Positions 18,126 to 29,228 of a stretch of 64,000 nucleotides of DNA are shown piece after piece. Where the stretch lies: the NCBI GenBank assembly GCA_963706285.1, contig CAVPLU010000012.1:109344-173343 (forward strand), read 5' to 3'. The stretch comes from Candidatus Bathyarchaeota archaeon. GTDB lineage: Archaea; Thermoproteota; Bathyarchaeia; 40CM-2-53-6. Position 1 is the stretch's first letter, and each line of letters opens with the position of its first letter. Position numbers and translations under genes: made by a program. A model generated the notes under the pieces. That model searched no databases, was not told the origin of the DNA, and was given only the letters and a program-made list of their open reading frames with translations.

Positions 18126-18213
18126 TCAACCACCGCCATTAGATTAGAGGTGGTTTCTCATCAGGGCAATCAACGCCATGACCCACGCCTTTCCGGCGTT
18201 GATGAGAACTCTC

Positions 18214-18250
18214 AAAGCGGCCCCTCTTTCCCGGAAAGCGGCCCCTCTTT
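18214..18250 (+). repeat. 16-bp direct repeat with 21-bp period
   Basis: AAAGCGGCCCCTCTTT at 18214-18229 and 18235-18250. Confidence 0.8.
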
Positions 18251-18426
18251 GGAGGATGTGATCAAGCACCATGCTAGCGGTCCACCACCTAGACGGCAAC
18301 AAGTGCAATCTTCTACCCGTGGAATCTGGCTCAACTGAGGACTCTCCTGCTGTGACGAGCCTGGCGTGACTCAAATCCATGCATCTGAACCCAAAGACAT
18401 CATTATGCTTCCAAGAAACCGATTAG

Positions 18427-20856
18427 CTACGCACTAGCCCGTTGACGCTTCTTCTTCATCACAAGTGAGAGGCCCGCAACACCCAATATCACTGCCACAA
18501 TTGTCGCAACAACCATCGGCATTTGCAGCAGGTCTAGGGACCATGGACCACCGTTCGATGTCGTTCCTGTCTCTGTCTGAGTTTGATACTGACTTCTCAC
18601 AAAATAGTAGATGCCGTCCGATCCTAGTGCGGCTACGATGCAGCATGCATTCCCTGAGATCGCGACGTGGCCACCACCCGTAACATCCGCTTGTCCCGGG
18701 TAAGTGTAGTTCCCCAACAAGTGACCGTCGTCGCTCAGAATTTGAAGCGTTCGAAATGTACCAGAATCAGAATAGGGGCTTGAAATAATCACGACGGAGA
18801 CGTCTCCTCTGTCCGACATGGATACTGATACAACTGATCCGTTCACGTCCGTCTCCCAGTACGGTCCGGTCGCATTTCCAAGGAGCAACGCTCCTTCGGG
18901 GCTACCGGCAAGGAATCTTTCGCCACTCTCAGAAATCGTGACCATAGGTTTGTTCACGGACCTGCTCCATAGGATTCTCCCTTCGTGATCAAATGCATCA
19001 AGCTGGGAATCGCTCCCAGCCAGAACGTATCGGCCATCTTTGGATACAGCAACGTTCCAGACACATCTTGGAGCGACATATTTCCAAATCTGCTTTCCTT
19101 CTCTGTCGTACAGAACTACTCCATTTCTTCCACCGCAGACTGATCCGAAGCGGACGGACTGTTCTCTCATAGCGGCGGCCACGTACAATCCGTCAGCGGA
19201 GACTGCCACGTTACTGTGCACGTGAAGGAATTCATAGTATCCCACGAGTTCAGTTGCATTCGTGATCTGTTTCCACAACTGGCGGCCTTGCGAGTCGAAT
19301 GCAGAAATGAAGGTATAGTTGCCCCAGACGACACCTGATACCGCCACCAGACTACCGTCATCAGACATTGATAATGAACTTGCGACTGATTTCGCGTCCA
19401 ACGCCGTGGTCCTAATCTGGCGTCCGGTGCTTACGTCATACCAGGCTAGGACAGTCTGCTCTTGGTTCCCTGTTTCGGTCGAGTTGACTGTCACTAGAAT
19501 TTGGCCGTTCGACGAAATTGCCGAGATACTTGTGGATCCGTAGATTCCGATTGGGCTTATTGTTCCAGTCATCATTATCGTTCCATTGTCATTGATGACA
19601 GCAGTGCCCAGTGATTCTCCTGATGAGTATCCGATGGCTATTCTTTTCCCGTCCTGTGAAGTCTGAATGTTGAACGGGAGGGAGGACCCGATCTCGGTGT
19701 GCATCCATAGGATATTTGCCCCTGCATCTAGCACGTACATCACGTTCTCGCCTCCAACCGCGGCCATTATTCCCGGCCCTCCTATTGCGACCGATCGCAC
19801 TACCGAACGCAGATTTCTCCTTGACAATACGTTGCCAGATCGGTCCAGAACGTGGATAGTGCCATTCAAATCGCCTACAACGAATCTGGAGCCATCGTTG
19901 GCTACGGCGAAGGCTTCCACGCTATAGGGCACCTGAGAATCCCACAGTTTCTTGCCGTTCACATCGAACAATATGACATGAGCGTCGTTGAAGAGTCCGC
20001 CTGCTACAGCGACGTATTCTCCTGAATCAGACACCCAGAGGTGCGGATACGACTCAGCGTATTCGAAAAGGCGGGGTAGTGGTGCAGACCATAACGGATT
20101 GCCGTTCTGATCGAAAAGATAGACCCCTCTTGGGCCCGCGGCAGCAATCACCAGTCCATTCGACGACATAGCCACGTAGACAACAGCATCGTGAACGGTT
20201 GCATTCCATTTCTTTCCGGAATCAAGATTGGCAAAGTAGAGGAAGTGATCTCTGTCTGTCCTGCTCCATGTTCCAACCGCAACGTACCGTCCGTCCTTGG
20301 AGATGACCGGTGCGCTTGCAAGATCTGATTCGCTTCCGAATCTCTGATCTAGAAGAATGGCTCCACTTCTGTCCTTCACGACAAGCCGTTTTTGCCACCC
20401 GTTCGAAAGGCGATTGGCGCCCACTATCGCTGCCCTTACGCTATCCGTGGAAAGTGCAGAGTGATCGATCTTATCTAGGGTGTAGTTCCATTGCCTTTGC
20501 AGTGTGTCCGTGTCAATCAAAGACACTCCCTGTGCTCCCACCACGGTAGGGTATTCGGTTCCCAGAAGTGCTGATTTGCCATCAGAGGAGAACTGCGCGA
20601 AAACAGCATTACGATCGGGCAGATGCCAGATCAATCTCCCCTTGGAGTCATAGAGGTAGTAACCATCAAAAAGAACTGGGAGTAGGATCTTCTGGCCGTC
20701 TGGTGAAACAGCTGCCAACTGAAGATCTCCCACGGGGAGTTTCCAAGCCAGTTTGTAGTCATCGGAGACTTCGTTAGAAGCCACTGATAGTTGACTGCTT
20801 GATGCACAAGATACTAGGATCAGCGTCATTAGCAGCAGAGATGACAAAGATTTCAT
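18427..20856 (-). CDS. membrane-anchored PQQ/WD40-like tandem beta-propeller surface protein
   Basis: Signal peptide, many S.DG..vav / fd..G..lW blade repeats, Thr-rich linker, C-terminal TM plus KKKR. Confidence 0.88.
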   Translation of the reverse strand: MKSLSSLLLMTLILVSCASSSQLSVASNEVSDDYKLAWKLPVGDLQLAAVSPDGQKILLPVLFDGYYLYDSKGRLIWHLPDRNAVFAQFSSDGKSALLGTEYPTVVGAQGVSLIDTDTLQRQWNYTLDKIDHSALSTDSVRAAIVGANRLSNGWQKRLVVKDRSGAILLDQRFGSESDLASAPVISKDGRYVAVGTWSRTDRDHFLYFANLDSGKKWNATVHDAVVYVAMSSNGLVIAAAGPRGVYLFDQNGNPLWSAPLPRLFEYAESYPHLWVSDSGEYVAVAGGLFNDAHVILFDVNGKKLWDSQVPYSVEAFAVANDGSRFVVGDLNGTIHVLDRSGNVLSRRNLRSVVRSVAIGGPGIMAAVGGENVMYVLDAGANILWMHTEIGSSLPFNIQTSQDGKRIAIGYSSGESLGTAVINDNGTIMMTGTISPIGIYGSTSISAISSNGQILVTVNSTETGNQEQTVLAWYDVSTGRQIRTTALDAKSVASSLSMSDDGSLVAVSGVVWGNYTFISAFDSQGRQLWKQITNATELVGYYEFLHVHSNVAVSADGLYVAAAMREQSVRFGSVCGGRNGVVLYDREGKQIWKYVAPRCVWNVAVSKDGRYVLAGSDSQLDAFDHEGRILWSRSVNKPMVTISESGERFLAGSPEGALLLGNATGPYWETDVNGSVVSVSMSDRGDVSVVIISSPYSDSGTFRTLQILSDDGHLLGNYTYPGQADVTGGGHVAISGNACCIVAALGSDGIYYFVRSQYQTQTETGTTSNGGPWSLDLLQMPMVVATIVAVILGVAGLSLVMKKKRQRASA

Positions 20857-20947
20857 TTGGACTCCACCTCACACGACCAGAATTCAATCTGCCCAAAACG
20901 GAGAGCGGAAGAATAGTGTCTGCGCTCGCACAACACGATTCCTGCGA

Positions 20948-22727
20948 CTAGAAGTGTGTCAGGCGGTACTCAAGCGCATCCATTTCAGTGAGGATCTCGC
21001 GTGGTAGTCGGTCGCCGAATTGTTCAAAGAATTTGCGCTGGTCAGTGATGTCTTCAAGCCAGGCGGATCTATCTACTTCAAGGAGCGCCTCCATGTCGTG
21101 GTCCGATATTTCAAGTCCCGTCAAATCGAGGCTTGACTTGTGGGGCAGGTAACCTAATGGAGTGGTGACCGCTTCTGCTTCGCCTCTACTCCGTGCGAGG
21201 ATCCACTCGATGATCCTTAGATTCTCTCCGTAGCCTGGCCAGAGGTAACGTCCGTTGGCGTCCTGCCTGAACCAGTTCACGTGAAATATCTTGGGTGGCT
21301 CAAGCATTCGGGCGCCCATCCTAAGCCAGTGCACGAAGTAGTCAGCCATATTGTACCCGCAGAATGGCAACATCGCCATTGGGTCACGCCGCAACTGGCC
21401 CTGCTTGCCGTACTGAGCAGCAGTCAGCTCCGATGCTGCCGTCGCTCCGACATAGACGCCGTGCTGCCAACTGAATGCCTGATAGACCAATGGAGCCAAG
21501 TGAGCGCGTCGGCCTCCAAAGACGATCGCCGAGATCGGCACGCCGTGGTGCTGCTCAAGCCGGAAGGAGACAGATGGCACTTGAGAAAGAGGCGCAGTAA
21601 AGCGGCTGTTAGGGTGCGCCCCCAAGACGGGGTTACCGTTCTCGTCTTTCATTCTGAGAGTTCCAAGGGCGACCACGCCAATCGAGACCTTCGCTGGGAG
21701 GCGGATCGTCTCCGCCCTCCCACCACACTCCTCCATCCGATGTCAAGATCACGTTTGTGTAGATGGTGTTCTTTCTGATCGCGGTCATGGCGTTAGGATT
21801 CGTCTTGGTATTGGTTCCGGGCGCGACGCCGAACAGACCTATCTCCGGGTTTACTCCCCAAAGGCGCCCGTCGGTGTCAATTCTCATCCACGCGATATCG
21901 TCTCCGACGGTCCATATTCGATACCCTTTCTGTTGCAACCCTTTCGGGGGAACCAGCATTGCCAAATTCGTCTTTCCACACGCGCTTGGAAACGCAGCCG
22001 CTAGATACTCGATGCGGCCGTTCGGCTCTTCGACGCCCATGATCAGCATGTGTTCTGCAAGCCAGCCTTCCTGACGGGCTGTGTAGCTTGCCATGCGTAG
22101 CGCGAGGCATTTCTTCCCGAGAAGCACGTTCCCTCCGTATCCGGATCCGACGCTCCAGACAGTGTTGTCTTCGGGAAAGTGCAGTATTAGTCGCTTGTTG
22201 ATGTCCAGCTCAGCCTTGCTGTGGAGGCACTTTGTGTACTCCCGGTTGCTGTCCAGATAGTCCAGCACCTTGCTTCCCATTCGAGTCATGATGTGCATGT
22301 TTTCGACGACGTATATGCTGTCGGTGAGCTCAACTCCAGTCTTGCCGAAGGTTGACCCGACCGGACCCATTGAGAACGGGATCACGTACATGGTGCGGCC
22401 CTTCATCGAGCCCGCGAAAATCTCACGTCCTCGCCGGTATCCTTCCTCTGGCGACATCCAGTTGTTGTTCGGTCCGGCTTCATCCTTCTTGCTCGTGCAA
22501 ATGAAGGTCAGCTGTTCCGTTCGAGCTACATCATTCTCGGCGGTCCTATGCATGACGCAGCCGGGCAGCTTCGACTGATTCAGCAGGATCAGTTCGCCGG
22601 TCGAGATCGCCTCTGCGCGTAGCCGTTCCCTCTCAGAGTCAGAACCATCACACCAGTAAATCCGCTCAGGCTGACAAATATCCGCCATATCACGCACCCA
22701 AGCGTGGAGCTCCTTGTGGTATCCCAT
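20948..22727 (-). CDS. pckG: phosphoenolpyruvate carboxykinase (GTP), frameshift near 21655
   Basis: GYGGNVLLGKKC, AFPSACGKTNLAM, VGDDIAW, HPNSRF, DPMAMLPFCGY, VNWFR. Confidence 0.93.
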
Positions 22728-23015
22728 CTTGTCTTCTTCCTCTGTTTGACCGACCGGCTTGCGTTCCGGCGTAGTGATCGCTAGGCTCCGTCGTATGAGG
22801 TTTGTTCTTGTTCTCGGAAGGCCCTTCATCGCGAAAGGCACCTTCAAAGAAAGCTGATTGCAGAGATCCACTAGGCGAATCCTGCATACGCGCAACGCCA
22901 GATCTGACGAATCGGATTTCCTGTTAGGTTGTCCTGACGGCTTGTCTCGTTGTTCCACCCATCGCCTTTCTATATATCATCGGGGGACCAGTTGGGGAGA
23001 AGAGTGGTTCCACGC

Positions 23016-25115
23016 ATGGATTTGGGTGAATATCCGAAATACGCCATCGTCACACTTGCTGGTCTTCTCCTTTTCTTCTTGGGCGCTTCTCTGCCCTTCC
23101 AGCCTAACACGGTGGCTCTTGTTTCGCTCTTCGCAATGGTCTTGTTGACCGTTGCCATGAGTTATGGGAATAGAAGTCCGTCGGGCGGCTTCTTCCTGGG
23201 AGTATTTGCTTCGATCACTTTCCTGCTTGGCTTCTTCGTCATGACTTGTGTTTGGGAATTGTACCAGCCTTTCTCCGTCACTCCGTCTCCATTGCAGCCT
23301 GGAGAACACCCCTACATAATTGGTCCAGTTGGATTCTCGGAGGGGAGCCTAGACCTCCTAACGCGGATACTGTCTTCTTACGGCACACAGATGCTCTCCG
23401 CGGTTTTCGCCTTTGCCTCAATCGGTCTCTTCTTCGGAACATTCGGGTACGTATCCAGTCACATATCCCTGCATGCCTCGACAACGCAACCTCGCATATT
23501 CAGAGATTACTGGTCAAGTGTTCTCCAATTGGGAAAAAGCGAGAAAAGAGAGTTCGACTCATTCGACAGAAAGCTCAGCACCTGGAGCTTCAGAAAAAGG
23601 GAATGGTGGAAGAGGATTCTTGAGAGGATAACAGAACCGCAGGCTGATCTCATATTTGTCCCGCAGAAGAAAAAAACACCCGAGTTCGGCAAAGGAGATC
23701 TGTTCGACTTGTCGTCTGGCCGAATGATCGGTGATGGCCTCGCAGACCCGTCTGATCTGGCATCTAGATTCAGGCCCTCTGTCCTCAAAATTGCAGAACT
23801 GTCGTCTGATCCGAAGGGCGTTAGAAGGGTTGCATTGGAGAATCTGTTAGCCAAGTTTCTGAAACGAGTTATGTTCTCTCGTGGAATCTGGGTTATCTAT
23901 CTCCTGCTCTCCGCCGTTTTGATCTATGCAGTCAATTCTGCCTGGGCTTCCAAGTTGGCTGCGCAAGCCACACAACTTGCAGGATCATTTCGTTTAATCT
24001 CCGATGGGGGAGGCCGTGGCTCCTTCTATGATCTGATAGCGCTTAGCAATGGAACGAGCGCACAGGTCACAGTATATCCCGCAGCTGTGGCGTCGGCCCT
24101 TGTAGCGTCTGCGATGACGCTTTTCTTTGTGTGGCGCTGGCGCAAGGCTTCAAGGGAGCTCTTTGTCAGGCGCCCAGACGAGAGAGTTCTGATTTTCTTT
24201 GTGTACATAATCCTCACGCTTCTCTACGGCTTCTACTATGAAGTTATGGTGAATCCTCCTGCGATTCCCGAGAATTGGATTGGATCTTGGTTTGTGTGGA
24301 CTCGGTGGCTTGTGGCTCTGACTGTTCTGTTAGGGGTGGGGTACATTTGCATACATCGCGAATGCGAGGTTGTGAACATGTACTTCTATGATAACCGACC
24401 ATCCACGCCGAGCCTCTCCAAAGTGGCACCCTTCAAAGAATCTGATGAGGAGCCCTTCTGGCTGAAAGAAGAAGGGGTCAAAGCGTACTGGGTTCTCCGG
24501 TTCATGTACTTCTGGCGATATGAACTCACAACCGTGCCACACTCCGACTGGGAGCGTGTCGAGGTTTGGATTGATGCGGAGAACGGAGCAGTAAGATGGG
24601 TAGTAAGCGACTACCATTACAGAGAACTCTGGTACAAAGTGGAAGGTAATCTACCCTTGGTCTACGTGCGGTTCTTCATGAACTTCCACACGCCGATCCC
24701 GATCGTAGACTCTGACGAGGCCGGACTCCTCTCTGGAATATTCGGCCAAGAGGCTGGGAGACTGGTAAGGATAGCTACAAGTGGGAAAGCATCGGAGGTC
24801 GTCGAACAGTTGCGCTCTTTTGAGGCCTCCGATGAGGCAAAGCAAGATGTGCACCCGGCAGGTTGGATTCAGAGTTACGGATTGCCGCGCATGGCAGCCG
24901 AGTTTTGCAGCAAATTAGACTGGACCTACTGGCGGTATCCACACGGCCTCGACAAGCCAGAAAGATACGTCGAAAGCCCGGCTGCTACGGTCGAGGATCA
25001 GCCAAAGATCCGTGTTGGACCTCGCGGACCGGCCCAACGTTTCTGTGTTCAGTGCGGTGGTGCACTGGCCTCAGGCGCCGGATTCTGCACAAACTGCGGA
25101 AAGAAGACTGCCTAG
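23016..25115 (+). CDS. polytopic membrane protein with a C-terminal HxDWE-motif domain and zinc ribbon
   Basis: About 8 TM helices in two blocks; YFWRYE...PHSDWERVEVWID...SDYHY...NFHTP; terminal CVQCG...FCTNCG. Confidence 0.75.
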   Translation: MDLGEYPKYAIVTLAGLLLFFLGASLPFQPNTVALVSLFAMVLLTVAMSYGNRSPSGGFFLGVFASITFLLGFFVMTCVWELYQPFSVTPSPLQPGEHPYIIGPVGFSEGSLDLLTRILSSYGTQMLSAVFAFASIGLFFGTFGYVSSHISLHASTTQPRIFRDYWSSVLQLGKSEKREFDSFDRKLSTWSFRKREWWKRILERITEPQADLIFVPQKKKTPEFGKGDLFDLSSGRMIGDGLADPSDLASRFRPSVLKIAELSSDPKGVRRVALENLLAKFLKRVMFSRGIWVIYLLLSAVLIYAVNSAWASKLAAQATQLAGSFRLISDGGGRGSFYDLIALSNGTSAQVTVYPAAVASALVASAMTLFFVWRWRKASRELFVRRPDERVLIFFVYIILTLLYGFYYEVMVNPPAIPENWIGSWFVWTRWLVALTVLLGVGYICIHRECEVVNMYFYDNRPSTPSLSKVAPFKESDEEPFWLKEEGVKAYWVLRFMYFWRYELTTVPHSDWERVEVWIDAENGAVRWVVSDYHYRELWYKVEGNLPLVYVRFFMNFHTPIPIVDSDEAGLLSGIFGQEAGRLVRIATSGKASEVVEQLRSFEASDEAKQDVHPAGWIQSYGLPRMAAEFCSKLDWTYWRYPHGLDKPERYVESPAATVEDQPKIRVGPRGPAQRFCVQCGGALASGAGFCTNCGKKTA

Positions 25116-25137
25116 AACGGGCTCCTGAATCTTACCG

Positions 25138-25578
25138 TCAGCTAAGAAATGTCAATATGGAGATTGCAGACCAGGCTAGTAGAAAGATAATCGGCAAGAA
25201 CTGAGTAAGGTATGATGGGCTTGAAAACGGTTCTCGCGATGCGTGACTTTCAACTTGGGAATAGCATCGAAACGGATCCAGCTCCTCGTCAAGCCTTATG
25301 ACCTGTTCCCTCCACAACTGAATCCACTTGATCGAGCTTCGCAGTACCAGCAACCAAAAGACGGCCGTGAATGCACCCAGTATGGGAATGACTCTCAGGA
25401 CAGCAATGCCTCCCTTCAAACTGGGAAACGATACGGCAAAGGCTGAAAGAAGACCGGCATGAGCCAACAGGAAAAAGTTGGCTCTAATCCAGTACTGCGC
25501 TGTATCTTGCTTCAGATGGTCGGTCACAACTTTGAAGATCTCAATGTCACGCTTGAGGTTCTTCCGCCGCGTTGGCAT
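25138..25578 (-). CDS. 3-TM protein resembling the RipA-type octameric membrane protein family
   Basis: W.RANFFLLAH..LL, G....FW..., IRLDEEL, LPIIF pattern. Confidence 0.55.
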   Translation of the reverse strand: MPTRRKNLKRDIEIFKVVTDHLKQDTAQYWIRANFFLLAHAGLLSAFAVSFPSLKGGIAVLRVIPILGAFTAVFWLLVLRSSIKWIQLWREQVIRLDEELDPFRCYSQVESHASREPFSSPSYLTQFLPIIFLLAWSAISILTFLS

Positions 25579-25896
25579 GATTTGTCCCAGTTTCTGCAGA
25601 TGCTCATAAGCAATTGAGCTTTGTGCAACCCTACGGATTCGCAATCCAGACTTCCCTGGAGAGAGCCATATCTATCCGAATGTTCTGGGAGCAACCACAT
25701 CACCTGCGGAAACATGGCACAATTGAAGCGGTCCAAACAATCCCAAAACGTGGAGAATTCTGACGACCGCGGATTGGGAGCAGCTGCTTAGAAGAAAAAT
25801 AGAATCTCATCAACTGCGCGGGTAGGGTGGCACTCGCAGAACCAGCTTAAACGTCACTCAAGGCTCCAAGGCTAGTAATGCGGCGCCAAGAGCTCC

Positions 25897-26375
25897 GGTG
25901 AGTTGTGGATTGTCGGGCAACCAGAGCTCGGTGCCAAGCTGCTTAGACAAGTAGTATCTGAAGGCGGGATTCAAGGCCACGCCTCCAGCACATGGACGAT
26001 GAGGGCTTTTTCATGTTGATCTCAGACGAGAACATATGATGAACTAGGCGGTCTGTAAAGCGTGGTCCGCGCGTCAATCGAGGCTGACTTCATGAACCTC
26101 GCGAAAGTGAGAAATGGTCGCCGCACTCATTGTCGTTCCGCGAGCCAGGCCGAACCTAGCTACACTGAATTCGTCAAGGCCATCATCAATCAACAGACGG
26201 ACCGGGTCAAGGTGCAACTCCTGAGGAGTTCATTAAGTTGGCGAGGGGAATGATGGTGGGATACAAGAGACCAAAGGAAGTCGAATTTAGAGATTCGTTA
26301 CCAATAGCACAGGTCGGAAAGTACTGCATCGAGTGCTCAGAGAAGAGGAACTCAAGAAAAGGACAGCCAAGTGAT
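25897..26375 (+). pseudogene. degraded C-terminal remnant of an acyl-CoA synthetase
   Basis: Scattered GELWI, DDEGFF, EFVKAII and GYKRPKEVEFRDSLP...VGK fragments with stops and frameshifts. Confidence 0.65.
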
Positions 26376-26616
26376 AGCACAAAAGAGAACGACCTGCTGA
26401 ATATTCCCAGCCATCGTCGCCTGTGTGCTCGCTTAGGTGGTCGTCTCCTCTCTAGTAGAGATAGGTCACAAACGAAATTCTGATTCGTCTACAGAAATCA
26501 GCGCCAGATTATTCACGGAAATCCAGATCGTTCTGGAAGGCGTTTCGGTTTACGAATAGAATCCATCGCTCGTCACGGGCTGGAGTCTTACTCGTAATTC
26601 AATTCATATATCAGCG

Positions 26617-27193
26617 ATGACTAAAGGGCTTCAACTGACTCTACCAAGGTGTAATGTCGTGTTCGCGGATTTTGCGCTGTCGTTGCCGCCTCTCTGGTTT
26701 GATCCAGCCGTGTTCCTGATTAACCTGGCTTGGGTTCTCATACGCAGCTCCATCACGTTCATAATGTGTTTCTTTCTTGGGCTGGCGGGACTCAAGATTC
26801 TCGATAGGCTTACTCCTGGCATTACGGAAATGCACAACATCAAACGCACACCTTTGTCGATGGCTGCTTTTCGCACTAGGGATGTTCATATTTCTCTCGC
26901 TAACATTCGTCGGCTCCGTCACCGCGCCACTCCCTATCGGAGTCTCATCAGGTCTTGGTGCAACCGTCGGGCCCTTTCTTGTTCTGGGTTATAGACTCGT
27001 TGCGCTACTTGCAGGCTTCATGATCGCAATGGTCTTCGCAGGCATCTTCTACAGGATGCTTTCCAAAGCGGGACCATTTGGAGTAGATCTCGATGATGTG
27101 AACAAGGACCCAGTGGCCACAGGCATCTACGTTGTGGGGTATCTGATATTCTTGGGCGCGATTCTGTACGCCGCTTTGCTCATACCTGTCTAG
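26617..27193 (+). CDS. DUF350-like membrane protein with internal duplication, frameshifted
   Basis: GLKILDRLTPGI.EM..I and a second similar TM-loop-TM unit in 26777-27193. Confidence 0.55.
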
Positions 27194-27214
27194 GACATGA
27201 AGAGCCGACATCGC

Positions 27215-29031
27215 ATGAAATTCATGCCGGGTCCCATTACGAATTGCCTCAGTTGTCTTTCTTTGCTTAGTATTCATTTCCCCTCTCATCACCGGAGGCA
27301 CGGCGTGGAGTGCAGCCAGGTCCTCGACACATGCATCTGAGGTCACAAATGATTCGAAGCTCATGTCGATAACTCCATGGAAGCCGAGGCCAGTTCTGGG
27401 ACCCCAGGACACCATCGTTCTCCTTGTGCAATTCCAGGACGTCAGGTTTCGGAGTTCGATCACAGATATTCATTCCCTGGTTGATCATGTTGACAAGTGG
27501 TTCAGAAGATCATCCTATGACAAAATGTACATCAACTACTCGATCTATGAGCATGTCCTCACGCTTTCCGACAGGATGTCCTCATACGGTGCGCCTAAAG
27601 CAGGGGACCAGCGAGGAGATGATTCCACTAGAAGTGAGAGGTATGTGAGCGACACACTCAACCTAGTCATGTCCCAGGAGAACTTGAATCTGGAAGACTA
27701 CAAGCATGTTGTGCTAGTTCATGCTGGCGGCGATGAAGCAGATACCGGCAACCCAAATGAGATTTGGAGTCACTGTGACTGCGTGGGACCGATTGCCGAT
27801 GAGGACCCCAGCAATGAAGCACCCTGGGTGCTCTCTGATTCTGGAAGGATAACTCACGCATTCTGGGGTATTTCGACTTTCAGTGAAGACGAGCCGTGGG
27901 CGGTCTTCGTGCACGAGTTCACGCATAGTCTGGGCGTGTCGGACCTCTATGTGTACGGTTCCGACGGATACTCGGAGAGTCCGGGAATTGGATTCTGGTC
28001 AAACATGGCAACAGGTGCTTTCTTGGACCCGCCTTCTGATATTGACGGATGGAGCAAATACATCCTAGGCTGGATCGATGCCGTCACGATCGGTTCGCCT
28101 CAGGGCGAATACACGATTCACACGCTTGACTCAGTCCAAGACCCCAAGGCACTGCTAATAGAGATCAAGGGCAACGAGGACGAATACTATTTCGTTCATG
28201 CACGTCGGAGGGCGGAAACAGATGCTGCCTTGCCGAGCGAAGGAGTCCTTGTCTTTAGGGTGAATCGTTGGCGTGATGTAAGTCTCGCAGGCGAGGAGTT
28301 GGCTGTCCTCTACGACGCAAACCCTGACACACCCCGAGAATGCAATAACTACGAAGGCGATGGACGTGAACTCTGCAAGTTGCTGGACGCTCCCTACAAC
28401 GTAATGGGGAAGCAGTATCAATTCAGCTACTATGACTTGTCAGCCAACCTTCTTCTGAACGATAACGGTTTCTGGGACGAGAATGCCCGAATTGCGTTCA
28501 AGGTTGAGGCCTCTGGAGACGAGGCGTTCAAGATCACGTTAGGCGGCTCGCCCGATGAAGTGGGCATAACAGTAACAACGACTAGCACAACAGGAACAAC
28601 TGAAGGAGGAACGCAGGGTTGCATCATAGCAACCGCGGCTTATGGTTCAGAGATGGCATCCGAAGTTGTCTACATGCGCTTCGTCCGTGACAAGCTGATA
28701 GGTTCGACAAGTGTGGGCAGCACGCTTGTCGGGGGCTTCAATGCATTCTACTACTCATGGAGTCCTCCAATAGCCAAAGCGATTGCTCCGAATTTCATTT
28801 TGCGAGCAATCTTCCGAGTCCTCTTGGTACCTCTTGTATGGATAGTACACGTTACAGCTGGGATTGTACACTGCGGTGGTGCAAATATCCGGTAGCGCAG
28901 ACATCGCGTCTATGGTAGCGTTTCTGCTTGCAGCGTTCATGTCCGTGATGTGTTACGTCGCTTTGCCAATCTTTGCCACAAAGAAATTCTTGGATTCAAT
29001 GAGGATGCGCCGTCTGAATCTACGACACTGA
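27215..29031 (+). CDS. M6-family (immune inhibitor A-like) metalloprotease with CFI-box-CTERM anchor; frameshifts near both ends
   Basis: VLLVQFQD, VHAGGD, IWSH, HEFTHSLGVSDLY, WSNMATG; Thr linker; GCIIATAAYGS...FYYSWSP. Confidence 0.88.
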
Positions 29032-29228
29032 TAGTGTCCAGACCATCCAAATCCGGTGCCTGTTGCGGACCTTTCCTCCGCAAATTTCGCGACTTGGCTG
29101 CTCGAATAGGCTCTGCAACTTCACCATATTCGCAAGTTGACTGTTCACAGCATTGTGGCGCTCAGATTCGATTTCTCCAGCCCTGCATTATTCGCCAGTA
29201 GATAGAGGAACTCCATCCCGACAAACGG

